DNA of 63,815 bases, filler included, from Choristocarpus tenellus KU-1152 (GCA_964200185.2; 10 parts of 10 records of this genome joined end to end with filler, not necessarily neighbours in it); one strand, 5' to 3'; positions 1 to 13,989 are shown, counted from the whole stretch's first letter. The notes: a model not told the origin generated them from the sequence alone. A program made the numbers and translations.

Positions 1-17
1 CCCCCCCCCCCCCCCAC

Positions 18-2477
18 CTTCTCAAAGATGGCATCACCAGGTCCAAAGCCTAACGCCTCCTCGTATGCAAACAGGACAGTGTACCCTTGTGTCTGCAATT
101 TCCAAAAGAACAGGCAAGGTAGAGGGATCAAGAGCCAAGGGGTGGGAAGTGGGGGTTTCTGTGTAAGTGGTAGTTAGTAACACTTCGTAAAACTAACCTA
201 GTGGTACATCAGGTGGTGATTGGAGCAAAAAAGCTCACAATATCACATGCTAACAGAAGGGGATTTGTGCTGTGGAGGAGGCAGGCTGGTCAGTGTTGAC
301 GTTTGAATCTCTTTTGGGGCTGGTGACTGAATCTATCTCTTGATTCCCCCCTCTTCTTCCTCTCTTCAAGATTTAATTCACTGACTCCAAGAAACCAAAT
401 TTCTAATTCTCAAGTTCAAACCCTAACCCTATGTCTTACATACATACTGTGCAAGTCAATATCACAGAAATGTAAATCGATGTACTTAGGGAAAGGTTAG
501 GGTTGGTGAACGCCCTCAATGCTTCAGTGCTGAGCACAATCCAAACAACTATCATTTCACTAACCCCCATGCTAACATCCTCCCCCTGCCCCCTCCCTTA
601 CCCCTCATCTTGTTTGAAAAACAAAAAAAAATTTGCAAGGTCTCTATCTCCCCCACACTACCTTGAGCTCCTGCGCACGGTGACCCATCCACTTGTAACC
701 AGGCAGGGTCTCTTCAAACAAAAACCCCTCCACTTCAGCCATAACCTTGAGAATCTTCGACGACACTGTGCTCGCCATCATCACCTATTGGTTGAAATAA
801 AAAAAGACAACAATGCAGAACATAGAAAAAAAAGTAATCAAGGAAAGTTCCCACAAGAACGTAAGTAGCCCTGCAAGGAAAAATGAACCAGGACTGAGCA
901 ATAGGTTACACGGTGTTGCTATGTTGAAGGTGGAAGCTACCCAAAACGTGTGAGCATGTACTGGCAGGTGAACTTCCACCCATATCCACCTACATCCATC
1001 CATCCATCCATCCCCCCCCACATCTACCAGCTAAAAAAAAAGAGAAAAAGTAAAGAACTTAAAAAAGGGCACAAAACAGAATAGTGACACAACTCACCAC
1101 CATGGATGGGTCTCCATCAGGATTGAGGCGTTTCCACTCAGTCCATTGCCAGTGACCCAGGAGAGCACCAATCTCATTACCAGAGAACAGGTGCCACGTT
1201 CCAGCCCCCTCCCCCTGCCCCCCTTCCATGGGTGGGTATTGCATCTCTGCTGCAGCCAACCGGTCAGCATCTGGGTCATTGGCCAGTACCAAAGACACAC
1301 CTATGACAAGGAGTTGTACCAACGTGGGAGGCACAAAGCAATAAGGTGTGTACAATATGTACTTATGTATGTATGTATGTATGCATGTGTTACAGAGAGA
1401 AAGAGAGAGGACTAAGTGCTGAAGGACACTCTAGGGGTTGATGAACAAGGACAGAGGAGCAGGGGAGGGAAGAGGTCAGTGAGAGCGATACCCAATTTTC
1501 TTAGGAGAAAAGATTTCCTACTCCGGATGCACAGAACTTCTGCGTGTATGTCTTCTACTACACTACAAGACAAGAAACTTGGTTCTGACTGCCCCCCCCC
1601 CCCCATTGCCAATGAAAACGCCTGCCTCATACACCAAAAACAACAAACAAAACCAGCCAGCAAGCAATCCAGTATCAAGGGCACCACCCCAGAGCAATGC
1701 CTGTACTTACAGAAATCATTACATTTCAAGTACCCTCGAAATTCCACGCAACACCTTTTAAATTCCTGTGCTACACAGTAATACCAATATGGATTTCAAG
1801 ACGCTCAACACCCTCAACTCCTCCCACCCTACCTCCATCACCACTGCCCAACAATGGGTCCATTCCCATTAGATCAATCTCCTTCATATTTCAAAATCAC
1901 TCCATGCCTATCACCCCCACCTTTTGCCTCTGCTAGACAAATTGCATCATACAGAGCCCCTTTCTCCTCGGGGTTGGGAAATGCCACAGTCGGGAACTCC
2001 GGGTCTGGCTCTTGCTGGGATGGGACTGATATCAATGGGGGAAGAGAGAACACCTGATGTGGTGGTGGTGAAGGCGAGGGGAGGAAGGGGGGGGGATGGG
2101 ATGTAGACAAAAAACACCTAAACAAAAACAAGGAGTCCTTGTTCGCTCCCTCTGTTCGTAATATACCTACACAGGAACTGGCTGATACTACAAAAATGAA
2201 AGTACACACATACGCCATTGCAAATACAACAAAACCAATTCCAATGGAGAGACCACAGGTTCAGTCCGAAATGAATCCATTCATAGAAAAAACATCTGGG
2301 GAACCAAGTTCTACTTCCTAATACAGAAGAGAACTCCCACACAAAGACACAACCCACCACTACCCTACATAAAAAAGACCATAAGACGTGCATGTGGCAA
2401 GCTATGTTGGTTTTCCTCACCTTAAAAGCTCGCTCTACCCACTTGTGACCCACACCATGCATAGCCGAGTACACGAC
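18..2477 (-). CDS. PGM2: Phosphoglucomutase-2/phosphopentomutase-like alpha-D-phosphohexomutase, internal fragment (5 exons)
   Basis: Phase-compatible GT-AG exons: 2477-2421 (VVYSAMHGVG), 2053-1921 (PDPEFPTVAFPNPEEKGAL), 1300-1098 (ANDPDADRL metal-binding loop, FSGNEIGALLG), 784-662 (STVSS...EETLPGYKWMG), 92-18 (FAYEEALG). These are hallmark motifs of the PGM2 subfamily. Both ends lie outside the contig/window. Confidence 0.93.
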
Positions 2478-2775
2478 CTGTTTCCACACCTCAGAAGGCG
2501 GCAACAGGAGGAAGTTGACAACAACAACAACAACAACAAAAATAAATAAAAAGAGAGGGCAGCAGCGGAACAAGGCACAGAGGAGCTATGAGCACAACAT
2601 AAAAGTATCACACACACACACACACACACACACAACACACACAGTGGGACAAAGAGGGACCTGTCTTGTCTGTGGTATTAGACTACATACGGACTTTGTG
2701 GGGGTAACAGATGGGGGGAGGGGGTTACATGGGTCAACAGAGGGAAAAAAATATACAAAAAAGACAATTGTAATA

Positions 2776-2875
2776 NNNNNNNNNNNNNNNNNNNNNNNNN
2801 NNNNNNNNNNNNNNNNNNNTTAATTAATTAANNNNNNNNNNNNNNNNNNNNNNNNNNNNNNNNNNNNNNNNNNNN
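2776..2875. other. Artificial contig linker N44-TTAATTAATTAA-N44 (six-frame stop spacer); also at 6063-6162, 17106-17205, 21194-21293, 29108-29207, 38195-38294, 41741-41840, 50065-50164, 59345-59444
   Basis: Nine identical 100-nt blocks with stops in all frames, flanked by Ns. Confidence 0.98.
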
Positions 2876-3015
2876 GCGAGATAATGTGTGAAGATGTAGG
2901 TACAAACATTCCCAAGCGGCCCGCTGAGGGGGGGGGGGGGGGGGGGAGGGTTTACCTTACTGGGGCATGACGGCAAGGTAATCAACTTTTTTATTATTGA
3001 TTTTTTTATTTTCTT

Positions 3016-3360
3016 AGGGTTGGGGCTAGGTAACCTTGAAGAGTTTAGGGTTAGGGTTAGGGACAGAGATAGGGATAGGGTTGTAGGTACTGGAAGTATT
3101 TCCTTTTTTTGTCACTTGACTTGTGAAAATGACATTGCTGCAGCAACTATCATGTCTTAGTTGTTTGATGCTTCGGCAGTGCATGTTTTTTGAAGTGTAT
3201 TGAGGTGTTAGTTTCATCATGTAAGGACAGTTACTCTATTTATTAAAAAAAAGTGTAATAAGAAAAAAACAATCTCATTTTCAATGGATTATGTGTGTGC
3301 GGGCATAGGGTTAGGGATAGAGTTGGGGTTAGGGTTGGGATCAGGGTTAGGGTTAAGGTG
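3016..3360 (+). repeat. Interstitial telomere-like (TTAGGG)n degenerate tracts
   Basis: GGGTTAGGGTTAGGG variants at about 3016-3080 and 3308-3358; another at 4108-4150. Confidence 0.8.
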
Positions 3361-3550
3361 AGCAACCATCTGTGCATGAGAATTGATACTTTCTATTTGT
3401 TAGAAAGGTCAGATCCTCAAATTGTTTTTTTTTCAAGGATTTTTTTTAGTAGAGTCTAACTATTTTGTTCTTTTTTCTATTGCTGTCATGACCAATCACT
3501 ACTTTGAAACACAGAGGAAGCCACACCTTTTCCTCTGACTGTTTTAGTCT

Positions 3551-3895
3551 TTTTATTGCTATTATTATGTTGTTGTTACTGTTGTATTATTTTATCAATA
3601 ATAAGGTTTGTTTCAGTGTTTTTATTGCTATTTTTTTGTTGTTATTACTGTTGTATTAATTTATCAATAATATGGTTTGTTTCAGTGTTTTTATTGCTAT
3701 TATTATGTTGTTATTACTGTTATATTATTTTATCAATAATAAGGTTTGTTTTATTGTTTTCATTGCTATTGTTATATTGTTATTACTGTTACATTGTTTT
3801 ATCAATAATATTGTTTGTTTCAGTGTTTTTATTGCTATTATTATGTTGTTATTACTGTTATATTATTTTATCAATAATAAGGTTTGTTGTTGCTT
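3551..3895. repeat. AT-rich minisatellite, about 69-bp unit, about 5 copies
   Basis: TTTATTGCTATT recurs near 3552, 3621, 3690, 3759 and 3828. The unit length is divisible by 3, which explains the hydrophobic repetitive ORFs. Confidence 0.9.
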
Positions 3896-5258
3896 ATTTA
3901 TTTTGCTGCTTTCTGTTTGTAATGGTAGTGTGGGAGGGGAGGGGGGGGGAGGGGGTTGTCCTTTTTTGCTTTTGTCAAACCTTTGACTATATAAGACCCA
4001 ATTGGGTAAACAATATAGGTACACTGCGGCATATCTAGTGCATCTACACATTACTAGAATTATGTAGATTAGAAGCCAAATGTGATCATAAACGTATGTG
4101 GAGTAGAGTTTAGGTTAGGGTTAGGGTTAGGGTTAGGTTTAGGTTTAGGTTTATATGTGGGTCATTGACTTATCCAGGAAATCCTTTAGTTTAGTTAAGG
4201 AAAGAATAGAAAGTAAGGGGAACTGTAAGGTGTTTTGAACTTAATTGCTGATTCTATAGACTATACCCAGAAGTGCTATGAAACTGTCATGTAACTGTCA
4301 CTGCCATGGATGTTCCATGAAACCGTTTGTAACTATCACTGTAGAAGCAGGCACCAGTACTTCGTTTTGTACTTGTGTTGATAATTGTCAGTATTAATAC
4401 TACCACTGCAACAGTCTGTAGCAGTAGCATCGCTACTATTGAAACAATGGAATATTATTGCTGTCTATTCTTGTAACTGTCATGAAACTGCCACGTAACC
4501 GCCCCAGATTGAACTGTCATTTTATTGTAGTAACTGGATTTACACGATTCTAGGATATGACAGTATCCACCCTTCTAAAACCATACTTTTACAGTGCAAA
4601 TGTCGGTAGCTTGAGAAGTCTTGAAATTACACCAAGAGACACCCAAGTTTTTCTCCATGGACCTCGCTCACCTGACCCTAATCCTAACCCTAATCCTAAT
4701 CCTAATCAAAGCAAATCTGTTGGTACTTTCGAACAATAAGTTGCGTTTTTGTGAGTGTACTACTGCTACTACTAATAATATTAATAATAATAAAAGTATG
4801 TGTGAATGACAGTAGTACCATAGCAGTTAAAAAGTAATCAAACACACACACACTATTTTTTTTAACATATATACATATATATATATAAGGTAAAGATAGA
4901 TGATACTTACAAGTAGTAGATGTTCAATATGTAAATAACTTTTTTGTGAAATATATATTTTTTACTTAGTGTAGAGTGTATTTTTTGTCCACCACTACTG
5001 TGTTGCTTCCATCATTTCTGAACTACCATACCCATACAGACAGACAAATTGCAGCATTGTTTTTTTGGACTGTGCAATGATTTATTGGTTCTAGGCACTC
5101 AATAGTTCAATGCATGAAGCAGTGGTGTTTGAATGAAGTTTGGTAGATGTGGTCATGGACAACAAATGCAAGATGTGATATGTTCAGACTTGTGATCAGA
5201 AGGGTCATAAAAAATGAGGGGATAAAATGTAAGATTTTTTAAAATATAATAGTAATGT

Positions 5259-5529
5259 ATGGTATGTGGCAAGGGTTAGGGATATATAGAGAGTTAAAAC
5301 AAAGATGTAGAAGGAGGAAGTGATACATATGGTATGTGACAAGGGTTAGGGATATAGAGAGAGTTAAAACAAAGATATAGAAGGAGGAAGTGATACATAT
5401 GGTATGTGGCAAGGGTTAGGAATATATAGAGAGTTAAAACAAAGATGTAGAGGAAGTGATACATATGGTATGTGACAAGGGTTAGGGATATATAGAGAGT
5501 TAAAACAAAGATGTAGAGGAAGTGATACA
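5259..5529 (+). repeat. Minisatellite, 66-70-bp unit, about 4 copies, each carrying AGGGTTAGG
   Basis: GGTATGTG recurs at 5261, 5331, 5401 and 5467. Confidence 0.9.
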
Positions 5530-5846
5530 AGGAATCAAAAACGAACATAGAATTTAGAAGGGTTAGGGTTAGGAATTGATAGAGAATCATAAAGGAGTAT
5601 AATAATAAAATAGTGTATGAAATATACGGAAGAAACAAGAATAATTTTTCGTGTAGTACAAGCATGTTTCATTACGGAAAAGAAGAATTGGAAAAAGAAA
5701 AATTACCACTGTCCTGCATTTAAAAAAAAAAAGTTGAAGAAGATGATCTTCCTTTCCTGGAAGAGCACTCTCAGGGGTGACTTGTTTCAATTCAAGGATT
5801 TGAATCGCACTAAAAGTTGTTGGGGGTACAGTGTTCCTCACCTTAA

Positions 5847-6062
5847 ACTGTTGGTTACCTAACCCTAACCTTAAACTAATGTTGTATTTACTGTGGGCTA
5901 CCTAACCCTAGCCTTAAACTAATCTTGTATTTACTGTGGGTTACCCAACCCTAACCCTAACCTTAAACTAACCTTGTTTTTACTGTGGGTTACCTAACCC
6001 TAACCCTAGCCTTAAACTAATCTTGTTTTTACTGTGGGTTACCCAACCCTAACCTTAGACTA
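5847..6062 (+). repeat. Minisatellite, about 42-48-bp unit, about 5 copies, carrying CCCTAA repeats
   Basis: Repeated TTACCTAACCCTAACCTTAAACTAATCTTGTTTTTACTGTGGG-like units run into the contig end. Confidence 0.9.
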
Positions 6063-7274
6063 NNNNNNNNNNNNNNNNNNNNNNNNNNNNNNNNNNNNNN
6101 NNNNNNTTAATTAATTAANNNNNNNNNNNNNNNNNNNNNNNNNNNNNNNNNNNNNNNNNNNNTTAATAGAAGAGATTCTATTACAGCTTATAGAGAAGGG
6201 GGGGGGGGGGCAGTATTAGTACGCATACAACACCAGACTGCAAGAGCGGACAAAAGCCTATATCGCTGTTACAGATTTTTTAAAAATAAAAGCAGCACAG
6301 CATGCTCAATACATGGGAAACCCCTAGCCAATCGCAGTATTGTTCAAAAAATAAAAAACACCTTCAACCTGTTGTTCGTACTTCAACCTCAACACCAAGA
6401 GGTTGCTCTGGTATTTGTCGCCATTAACCCTAACCCTAACCCCAAGAACACAGAACACACAAAGAAATAAAAATCCTGTACCTGTTAACCACACTATACA
6501 AAGCCCGATTTTCATTTTACAAACGCTTTTTTTTTCTATTACCAACCCAAAAAAACAAAAAAACACACACACGCGCCTGTACATAAAAAACAAAACCCGT
6601 AGCAAAGGACCTCTACAGTCGTGCAACTTCTAACCAAGTACTAGCACCGCTATCAGTATTGAAATGGCATTGTGTGTAGATGGACAGTACAATCAATAAC
6701 CACAAACGCCTCCTCTCCCAGGGGATGTGTTCCCTCAGTCAACACTCCAACACAACAAACCTTTCAGCTAACTCACTCTATCCAGCGTTCGATAAAGGGC
6801 TATCGACTGTTACAGAACCATGTCTTAACAGAAATTATAAAAAGGCGGTTTCACTTTGGTGAAGCACCCCAAGGACACCTGTCGACAAACAAGAACTAGA
6901 CTGTTCACTATGGGCACACGCATCCACTCTCTCCACCCTCTCTCATCACCAACTCTACCAGAAATTGCACAAATGCAATGATTAAAAAAACTATAAAACA
7001 CATCAACCACTGCGCTTACTCCCCCTCTCTTGTGCAGAAACAACCATCACCCCAAAGCTCCAACAACCCAATTGATATCACTTCTCACTGCAGGACATCC
7101 AACACAACTACAGACAGGGTGCACATCTCCATTCTCCTCCAGGTGTGTTTCAGGGGTGTGCTATAGCTCCCTTACAAAATTTGTCACTGATACCAAACAC
7201 CCAGAACCCTCCCCCATCATACTACGACTATTATACCCCCTATTTCCTACCAACATTTGTGGGAATGGCGTGCA

Positions 7275-7277
<3 letters not shown>

Positions 7278-7322
<45 letters not shown>
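7278..7322. repeat. (AAT)n microsatellite; another at 8020-8095
   Basis: Seen directly. Confidence 0.9.
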
Positions 7323-7323
<1 letters not shown>

Positions 7324-8018
7324 CCGTGTGTGAGGCACTCATTATTCTATCTACAATATAAAGACTGCAAAGATCGAACCCCACAAACGGCATACAAGAA
7401 GTGCTGGCTCAGAGCAGGTTTTGGATCATCCTTGACCCACAGTATACTGTGTTAAAATACTGTGTTAAAGGGCATGACTTTAATTACTTCGAAAAGAGAG
7501 TTTTAAAGGTCATGACTTGACAACTGCAACATAGTTTCAAAAGGCGTGTTACTAACCATAATAATAATAATTATTATTATTATTAAAAGCCACGACTTAA
7601 CCGTCCGTAACAACGCAGATTCAAAAGGTATGACTTAACCATTGCAATAACAGATATAAAAGCCACAAATTAGCCATCATTAATTAGAGCAAAGTTTTTC
7701 GATCAAGCACATGGTTCAGGCGAAGTCCTTCACAGAGACACAGAGAGGATTCAACACCATCAGAGATGTCATGCACGGTTCTTTTTTGGTGTATTGGTCC
7801 ATGAGAACATGCAAATTTAGAACATGCAAATTGTAGACACACAAGGATGAGCAACACTAAAGTGAAATCCGGGGAGCTGGCAGGACGGGTAGACCCGTGG
7901 CAGAGTAGGGCCCAGCTACAAAACCATTTTGTTGTCCCCTCCATGAATTTTGACTGATTTGAACCTCTTCAACCCCAGCCATTTTTGTCATGGAGAGGGG
8001 AAGTATGAAAACACCAAA

Positions 8019-8067
<49 letters not shown>

Positions 8068-8672
8068 TCATGATAATAATAATAATAATAATAATGAGGT
8101 AGAAGGAGAACGTGTCGATAGAGCCAGTTACACCTATCCAATGGTTCGGGTCTGAGAACAGCCAAAAAAAAAAGTATCTTCATCAACACAAAAAGGCACG
8201 TTCAACTCCTATCTTCTCCTTTTAAAATGTGTCCATTCAGGGACAGAAGTACCTAACGCAATAGAACATTTCGTGGGGTTTTTTAAATAGCAACAGCTCA
8301 CTAGGTCCTTCGTGCCTCCGGCACATCATCCCCATCATGTATCGTCCAAGCACACACCATCCAGACAGAACCAAAAGCCTGCACTGAGAGGTCACAACTG
8401 TAGCCTTACCCTAACCCTAAACCTTGCAGCCATACTGTACCTTATCGAATGACATATATGGATACATCACCCTCTTCTTCGATTTTAAAAAAAAACTTTC
8501 CGATTTTTAATTTCCATTTCCTTTTCTTTAAAAAAAATATATATATCTCCATTCTACAGCAGGTTTTTCTTAGACAACTAAATAACAAACACCTTCTCGC
8601 TACCGCACACGTGCATCTTCTCAAAAAAACAGAAAAAACAGAAAAAAAACAGAAAAAAACAGAAAACCTCAC

Positions 8673-8997
8673 CTGCTGCAATGCGATTAACTCATTCGGC
8701 TTGAGAGCTCCAGTCCTCGAGGTATTCGAAAGGAATACCCCCAATACCTTGTCTCTCTCCAAGCACCCATTATCCATTGAGTCATTTCTATGTCGCTGCC
8801 TGTCTTCCCTGAGCCCCCACAGGTGCCCCACACACCACACCAATGAGAAGAAAAATCAACCAAATCAGATCCAAACCCATCAAAGAATGAGATAATTCAA
8901 AACACTTAAGTATGGAGGAAAGATTTACAATCTAAGTTATATTTGAGAAAAACAAACGAAAACCCTAACCCTATCTACCGAGAAGAAGAAAAAAAAA

Positions 8998-9029
<32 letters not shown>

Positions 9030-10572
9030 GCAGCCAATACACAAGTGCGTCGACAATAGGTGAACAGAACCAACACTAACAAAAGATCAATATCGACAAT
9101 AGGTGAACAGAACCAACACCAACAAAAGATCAATATCGGACTGGAACATTTTTGAAGGACAGGGAAGGAATTGGAAATAAACACTGCCTCGATATTGGTC
9201 ACCTGAGTTTGCTTACAAATACACAATGGCAAAAAGGATTCGCCACACAAAACTTACTCACACCACAATGAAAAATAAGCAAGATAAGAATAAGGAGGAG
9301 AAAAAATGTACCTTTTCAAAAACAAAAACTCACCTATCTACTCCCCCAAAGGAGGCATCGATGTCCGCCTGAATGTCCAGATCATCCCCCTCATAGAATG
9401 ACCTGCTTCGTGATCTGTTTGGTCTCGTGCACAATCCCTCACCCATGTTACCAAAGGCCCAATCTGGGTCCGGCTCAGGGACAAACTCATCTCTATAAAA
9501 AAAGAGGAGGTGCGGAGCAGTGTTTGAGGGAGGGGAAAGAGAGGTACAAGCGACTATTCTTCGAGAGCAGCTGCCCAAAATATGTAAGGGTGGAGAGTGC
9601 TCCATGATTGTTGATATTTGGAGTGCAAAGAGATCAAAAACTCCGCCTATTTGCAACTCAACAGGTCATATCAACAACTTGACGATGGTTGAAGCGACCT
9701 TCACCCCACCCCATACCATCCCGTTAAGGAATATGTGACTTCTAAACGGACACCTACAACAGCAGTCTAGCGGACAAAGTCCAAAAAAAAGGTGCCCACC
9801 TCATCTAGAGTAGCCTAGTGTCATCGGTGTTGCAAATAGTCATGTAACGGGACGAACGAATAAAGGGATAGTTTGAGAGATAAGTATCTCAGTCAGGTCG
9901 CCCCAGTCGCTATATTGGACGAGGTGACCTACAAGCACCTGCCCCCCCACCTCCCAATACTATACGGATTAGGGCTCAACCCAAGATACTAATGCAGTTG
10001 GGCAAGGTCAATACCTGAAGCTCCAATTACACAGAGCTGCACAAGACAGAAGTAAATTCCACTTCGTGCGTTCCCCCCCCGATATTTTGTAGGATAGACC
10101 TCCCTTCTGGACTTCTCCGAAAACCCTCACTCGACTTGTGAATTGACCCGGGAGGAGTTTCCCGACAAAATATAACTACCAAAAAGTCAAATTCAATAAC
10201 TCACCTTCCGAAGAGAGTGTCCTGCTGCATTTGCTCCTCCAGATCGTCCTCCACCGCGACCAGAACAGCCTCCCTTCCCTCACCGGATAGATCATCACCA
10301 GGTTCGCAACCAAGATCGCCCACCCCCCCGTTACTCCATCCCAAGTTACATTCTGTATCTACAAAATCCTGCTTGTGTGGGGAGTTCATTATGTGGGAGA
10401 CCTTGTTAGACAGTTGGTCTCCATGGATGTACTCGTCACTATCAGGAACAAACCCAAGGTCACACTCCTTGTCGGTCATGACCATAGAGGGGTCTTCTTC
10501 ATGATGGGACCTGGATCTGGATGGCATCGTTCCTCCAACTTTCTGCGCCAAGAGATAGTCCCCGTCCATGCC
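8673..10572 (-). CDS. Hypothetical acidic, low-complexity protein (at least 3 exons; ends uncertain, start possibly near 11141)
   Basis: Exons 10572-10205, 9492-9334 and 8808-8673 have AG/GT boundaries (GTGAG donors) and compatible phases (2, 2, 0). The joined frame is open and D/E/S/G-rich. No family recognised. Confidence 0.5.
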
Positions 10573-13500
10573 CTGGAATGAACCCAAGATAACACAGAGA
10601 TGCGTCCAGGGGTGTGGTACCCCTGTCCCTGGCGTAACTTATACCCCGAGCCCGCTCTATACAATGTTGGACCCGGCTCAGGAATTTTAGTACACCAAAG
10701 GTAGCGTTGATAAAGCTGAACCAGTTTTCACAGTTACTCGTCCAAGCAAATCTGCAGGGTAACGGGCAGACAATTTGAAGCTGAACGTTGACCTCAAAGG
10801 AACTGTGCCTTGGTAAGTTATCCACCTGTAGTTGTTTATAGGGACACCTACCACCCCTACCAAGAAAACTAAGTATCTTTCCCTCTCTATAACCGCACCC
10901 CTCTGTTTTTGTAGATTCTCTAAGCCATGCCACTGTTTCCTGTCTCGATTCTACCCTGGTCTTCCAGTTCGTCACCAAGGGTTACAGCAGTTGAGAGCAC
11001 CCCAGTGCAATTTTGTCCTTTTTCATGGGAGACAGCACTCAATATTCTTTTTTTCGTGTGGAGAGTAAGTATGAGTAATGTACGTACGTACTCTCCGTCA
11101 ACGGTCAAGTTCTCAATCAAACTTCTTGTATATTCTTTCATTAGGCACTCGCGCGCAGTGCGCGATCGGGTTCTTCGTCAAAAACACGCCAAGATAGAAA
11201 AGAACCACAGAACAAACCAATCTTTTAAAATTTCCAATTTTTAATTTAGTATGCAAATTCATGGAAATATATATGTGGATAGATAGTAAGAAATCACTCA
11301 TTTGTTCAACTGTGTACAAAACACCTCTCATATCCCTTATCTTACTTCTTCCCAACTGTGGTATAAAAATTTCCATCTTGAAATCTGAAGTACATGGCAC
11401 AGTAGCAAATTCCATTTTACAAATACTGTAATGCACGGAGGAAGTGCGTACACATTGCAACTTTAGTGCAACATGCTCAACTGCGGCGGGGAATACTTGC
11501 ATGGAGCACAGAACCTTAAAGCCTTAATCAAGAAAAAAGAAGCAAATGGATATATTTTCGAAAATTTCAAACAAAAACCTACTTCCAACATCTACGGAAG
11601 AACATATATCTTTATCGAAGTATGGTTTGTTTTAAACAAGAAATGAAAGTACTTTTTAGTATTTTTAAAGTAAGAAAATCCAAAAAAATACGCCACATAT
11701 AAATTTTGGAAGGTATTTCCCTGATCGATAATATATCAATTTCAATATCTTTTGAACAAAGAACTTGTAAAAACTTCCGATATATCGAGGTGGATTGGAT
11801 CTTTTTTTGGACCCTTTTGACTAATCGGACACGAAAAAAGAATGCCTAACCCTAACCTCGAACTATAACTACAACCCTAACCCTAACCCTAATCCCTAGC
11901 CCCAACCATGGAAAGTACCTACCTCCATAGTTCTTTCGAGTCATCAAAAAAGCTGGGGCGAACGATCCAATCGACTCCGATGTCGGAAATTTTACCATGC
12001 AATCCCTATAAAACGACACACCGAAATTTTGATATTGCTATTACTATTTTTTAATATTATTATGCCCTCTGACATTTTACAGATGTGTTCGAGTTACTAA
12101 TTTCCATTATGTTATTAGTGAGTGGATGGTCCGACCCTTGATCAGAGGTTCTGTACACACTGCACTACTACTTTTCATTCTAGCTACTGCAACTTACTGT
12201 TGCTCTACAAATATCTATACTGCCTCTGTTCCTGCCTTGTTTCTAGCATGTTGGATCCTACTCATCGCTCCATCTATCCCCTTAAATCTTCTGCTGGACC
12301 CACCAAAAATTTTCCATCCTGGTCTTCATTCGACATTTTGTTGTGTAGGACAGGAGATATTACATTTAGTATACCGTCTGTTGTGCTTGCAACATAGAGT
12401 AGCATCACTGAAATCACATGTTCCATGGAAGAATGTGTGGTTTCAAAGGCGTTCAAACCCTTTAAGTTTATGCAGGTAGCTACCGCCTTCACCACTAAGC
12501 CTTGAGAACGCCTGAGCAAAAGGGGTGAGCTGTGGATGGGGGGGCTATGACTGCCTGTGCAAAATATGATGATCAAGCTCAAACGTACATGTGTAGCTGA
12601 CAGTCACAGTGACTAAGAGAAGGGGGGGTTGTGCTTGGCGGGAGTTTCTGACATTTGAGTGTGTTAGATTGCTCGCCACAAGTTTTTAATCAAACTGACT
12701 ATTAACCCTCACCTTCACCCTTACCCTGATCCTAACCCTGAAAGTCACACCTCTTTAGTTTATCGGATTCATTAGGAGTGAACGATCTACACTAACATTG
12801 GAAATTCTACAGATTCTGCTGAGGGTAGTGCATATGATAAATAATTCTGGGGCCCACCGATTTCGAGGACAAATCGATACATTTTGCGTACTACACCCTG
12901 ATATTATATACCTCATTCTTTCTTTGACACTTACATAGTTCTGGTAATTGCTGACTCCGTCAACCCCATATATACGTCCTTTTCATATTGAGCTTTTTGA
13001 GGGGTTGTGTTGATATTGAAGTGGGTTTTCTCTTGACATTTCGGGAAAATATCAGAGGGCATAATAATATATATCAAATTATACTATTAACCAATGATAT
13101 TTTGGAGATGCTTCAGGGAAAAACCAAAATTACTATAGATGTGGAAGGGAAATCCAAAATTATGTAGGAAGGACACAAATAATTATCATCACGACTAAGA
13201 CGTACCTCTCGAAAAAACTTTGATTTTAATGGAACATAAAGCGTTGCACTGATATCTACTCTATATACTTTTATCATCTCTCCATCAAACAATAATAAAT
13301 ATACTAGTAATAATACTATTTTAGTTGGTATTTAATTTAAGGGCTTTTTGTGAAACTTAAGGGTCATTTGTGTCTAACTAGGACCTGACGCCCTTTCGTG
13401 AATAATTGTAAATTGTAGAATAACGTGTATAGGATAAGACAAGAATGAGACTGAAGTTATCAAATTTGGTGTGATGAGGAGTAGGAAATTCGGTTGCAGA

Positions 13501-13989
13501 ATGCTGGATACTAAGATGAAGATATGGAAGACGACAAAAATATATTTTTATGGAACAAGAACGATGTATCTTGAAGAAAGTATATGGATGTACTCTTGGT
13601 GACGTCAGTATATCTTCGCACTTTGCACGTCTTAGAAATTGGATAGAGTATGGGTTTAGTAGTGGGGAAGGAGGAAGGAGGAAGGAGGAAAGAAAAATTG
13701 GGGATGGGTCTCAGGCAGGAAGTGAAAAATTTCTACCCTGGTCGGTTCCGGAGTTCAAGATGCACTATCAGATAGATTGAGAAATTCAACCCAACGTCGT
13801 CGCTCGCCCTTACAAAGTAGAATTGGGGAAAGACCGTCTCTATTTGTTGTGTATGGATGGCAATTATTGAACTTGACATGGTGGATAGACGCAAAATAAT
13901 ATCTTTCATGATTAAGGGACTGGCGGAGGATATGATTGCAGGGGAGCTGGAAAAGGATCTACCCAGGGGACACCTCAACTAGGTAGCTT

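Noticed and set aside
3556-4038. Hydrophobic Cys/Tyr-rich repeat ORFs (also 5294-5665)
   Set aside because: They arise from AT-rich minisatellites; no splice or homology support.
7468-7680. About 35-bp spaced AAAAGGCATGACTTAAC motifs resembling a repeat-spacer (CRISPR-like) array
   Set aside because: The repeats are highly degenerate, the spacers resemble each other, and the context is eukaryotic with no cas genes. It is a decayed minisatellite.
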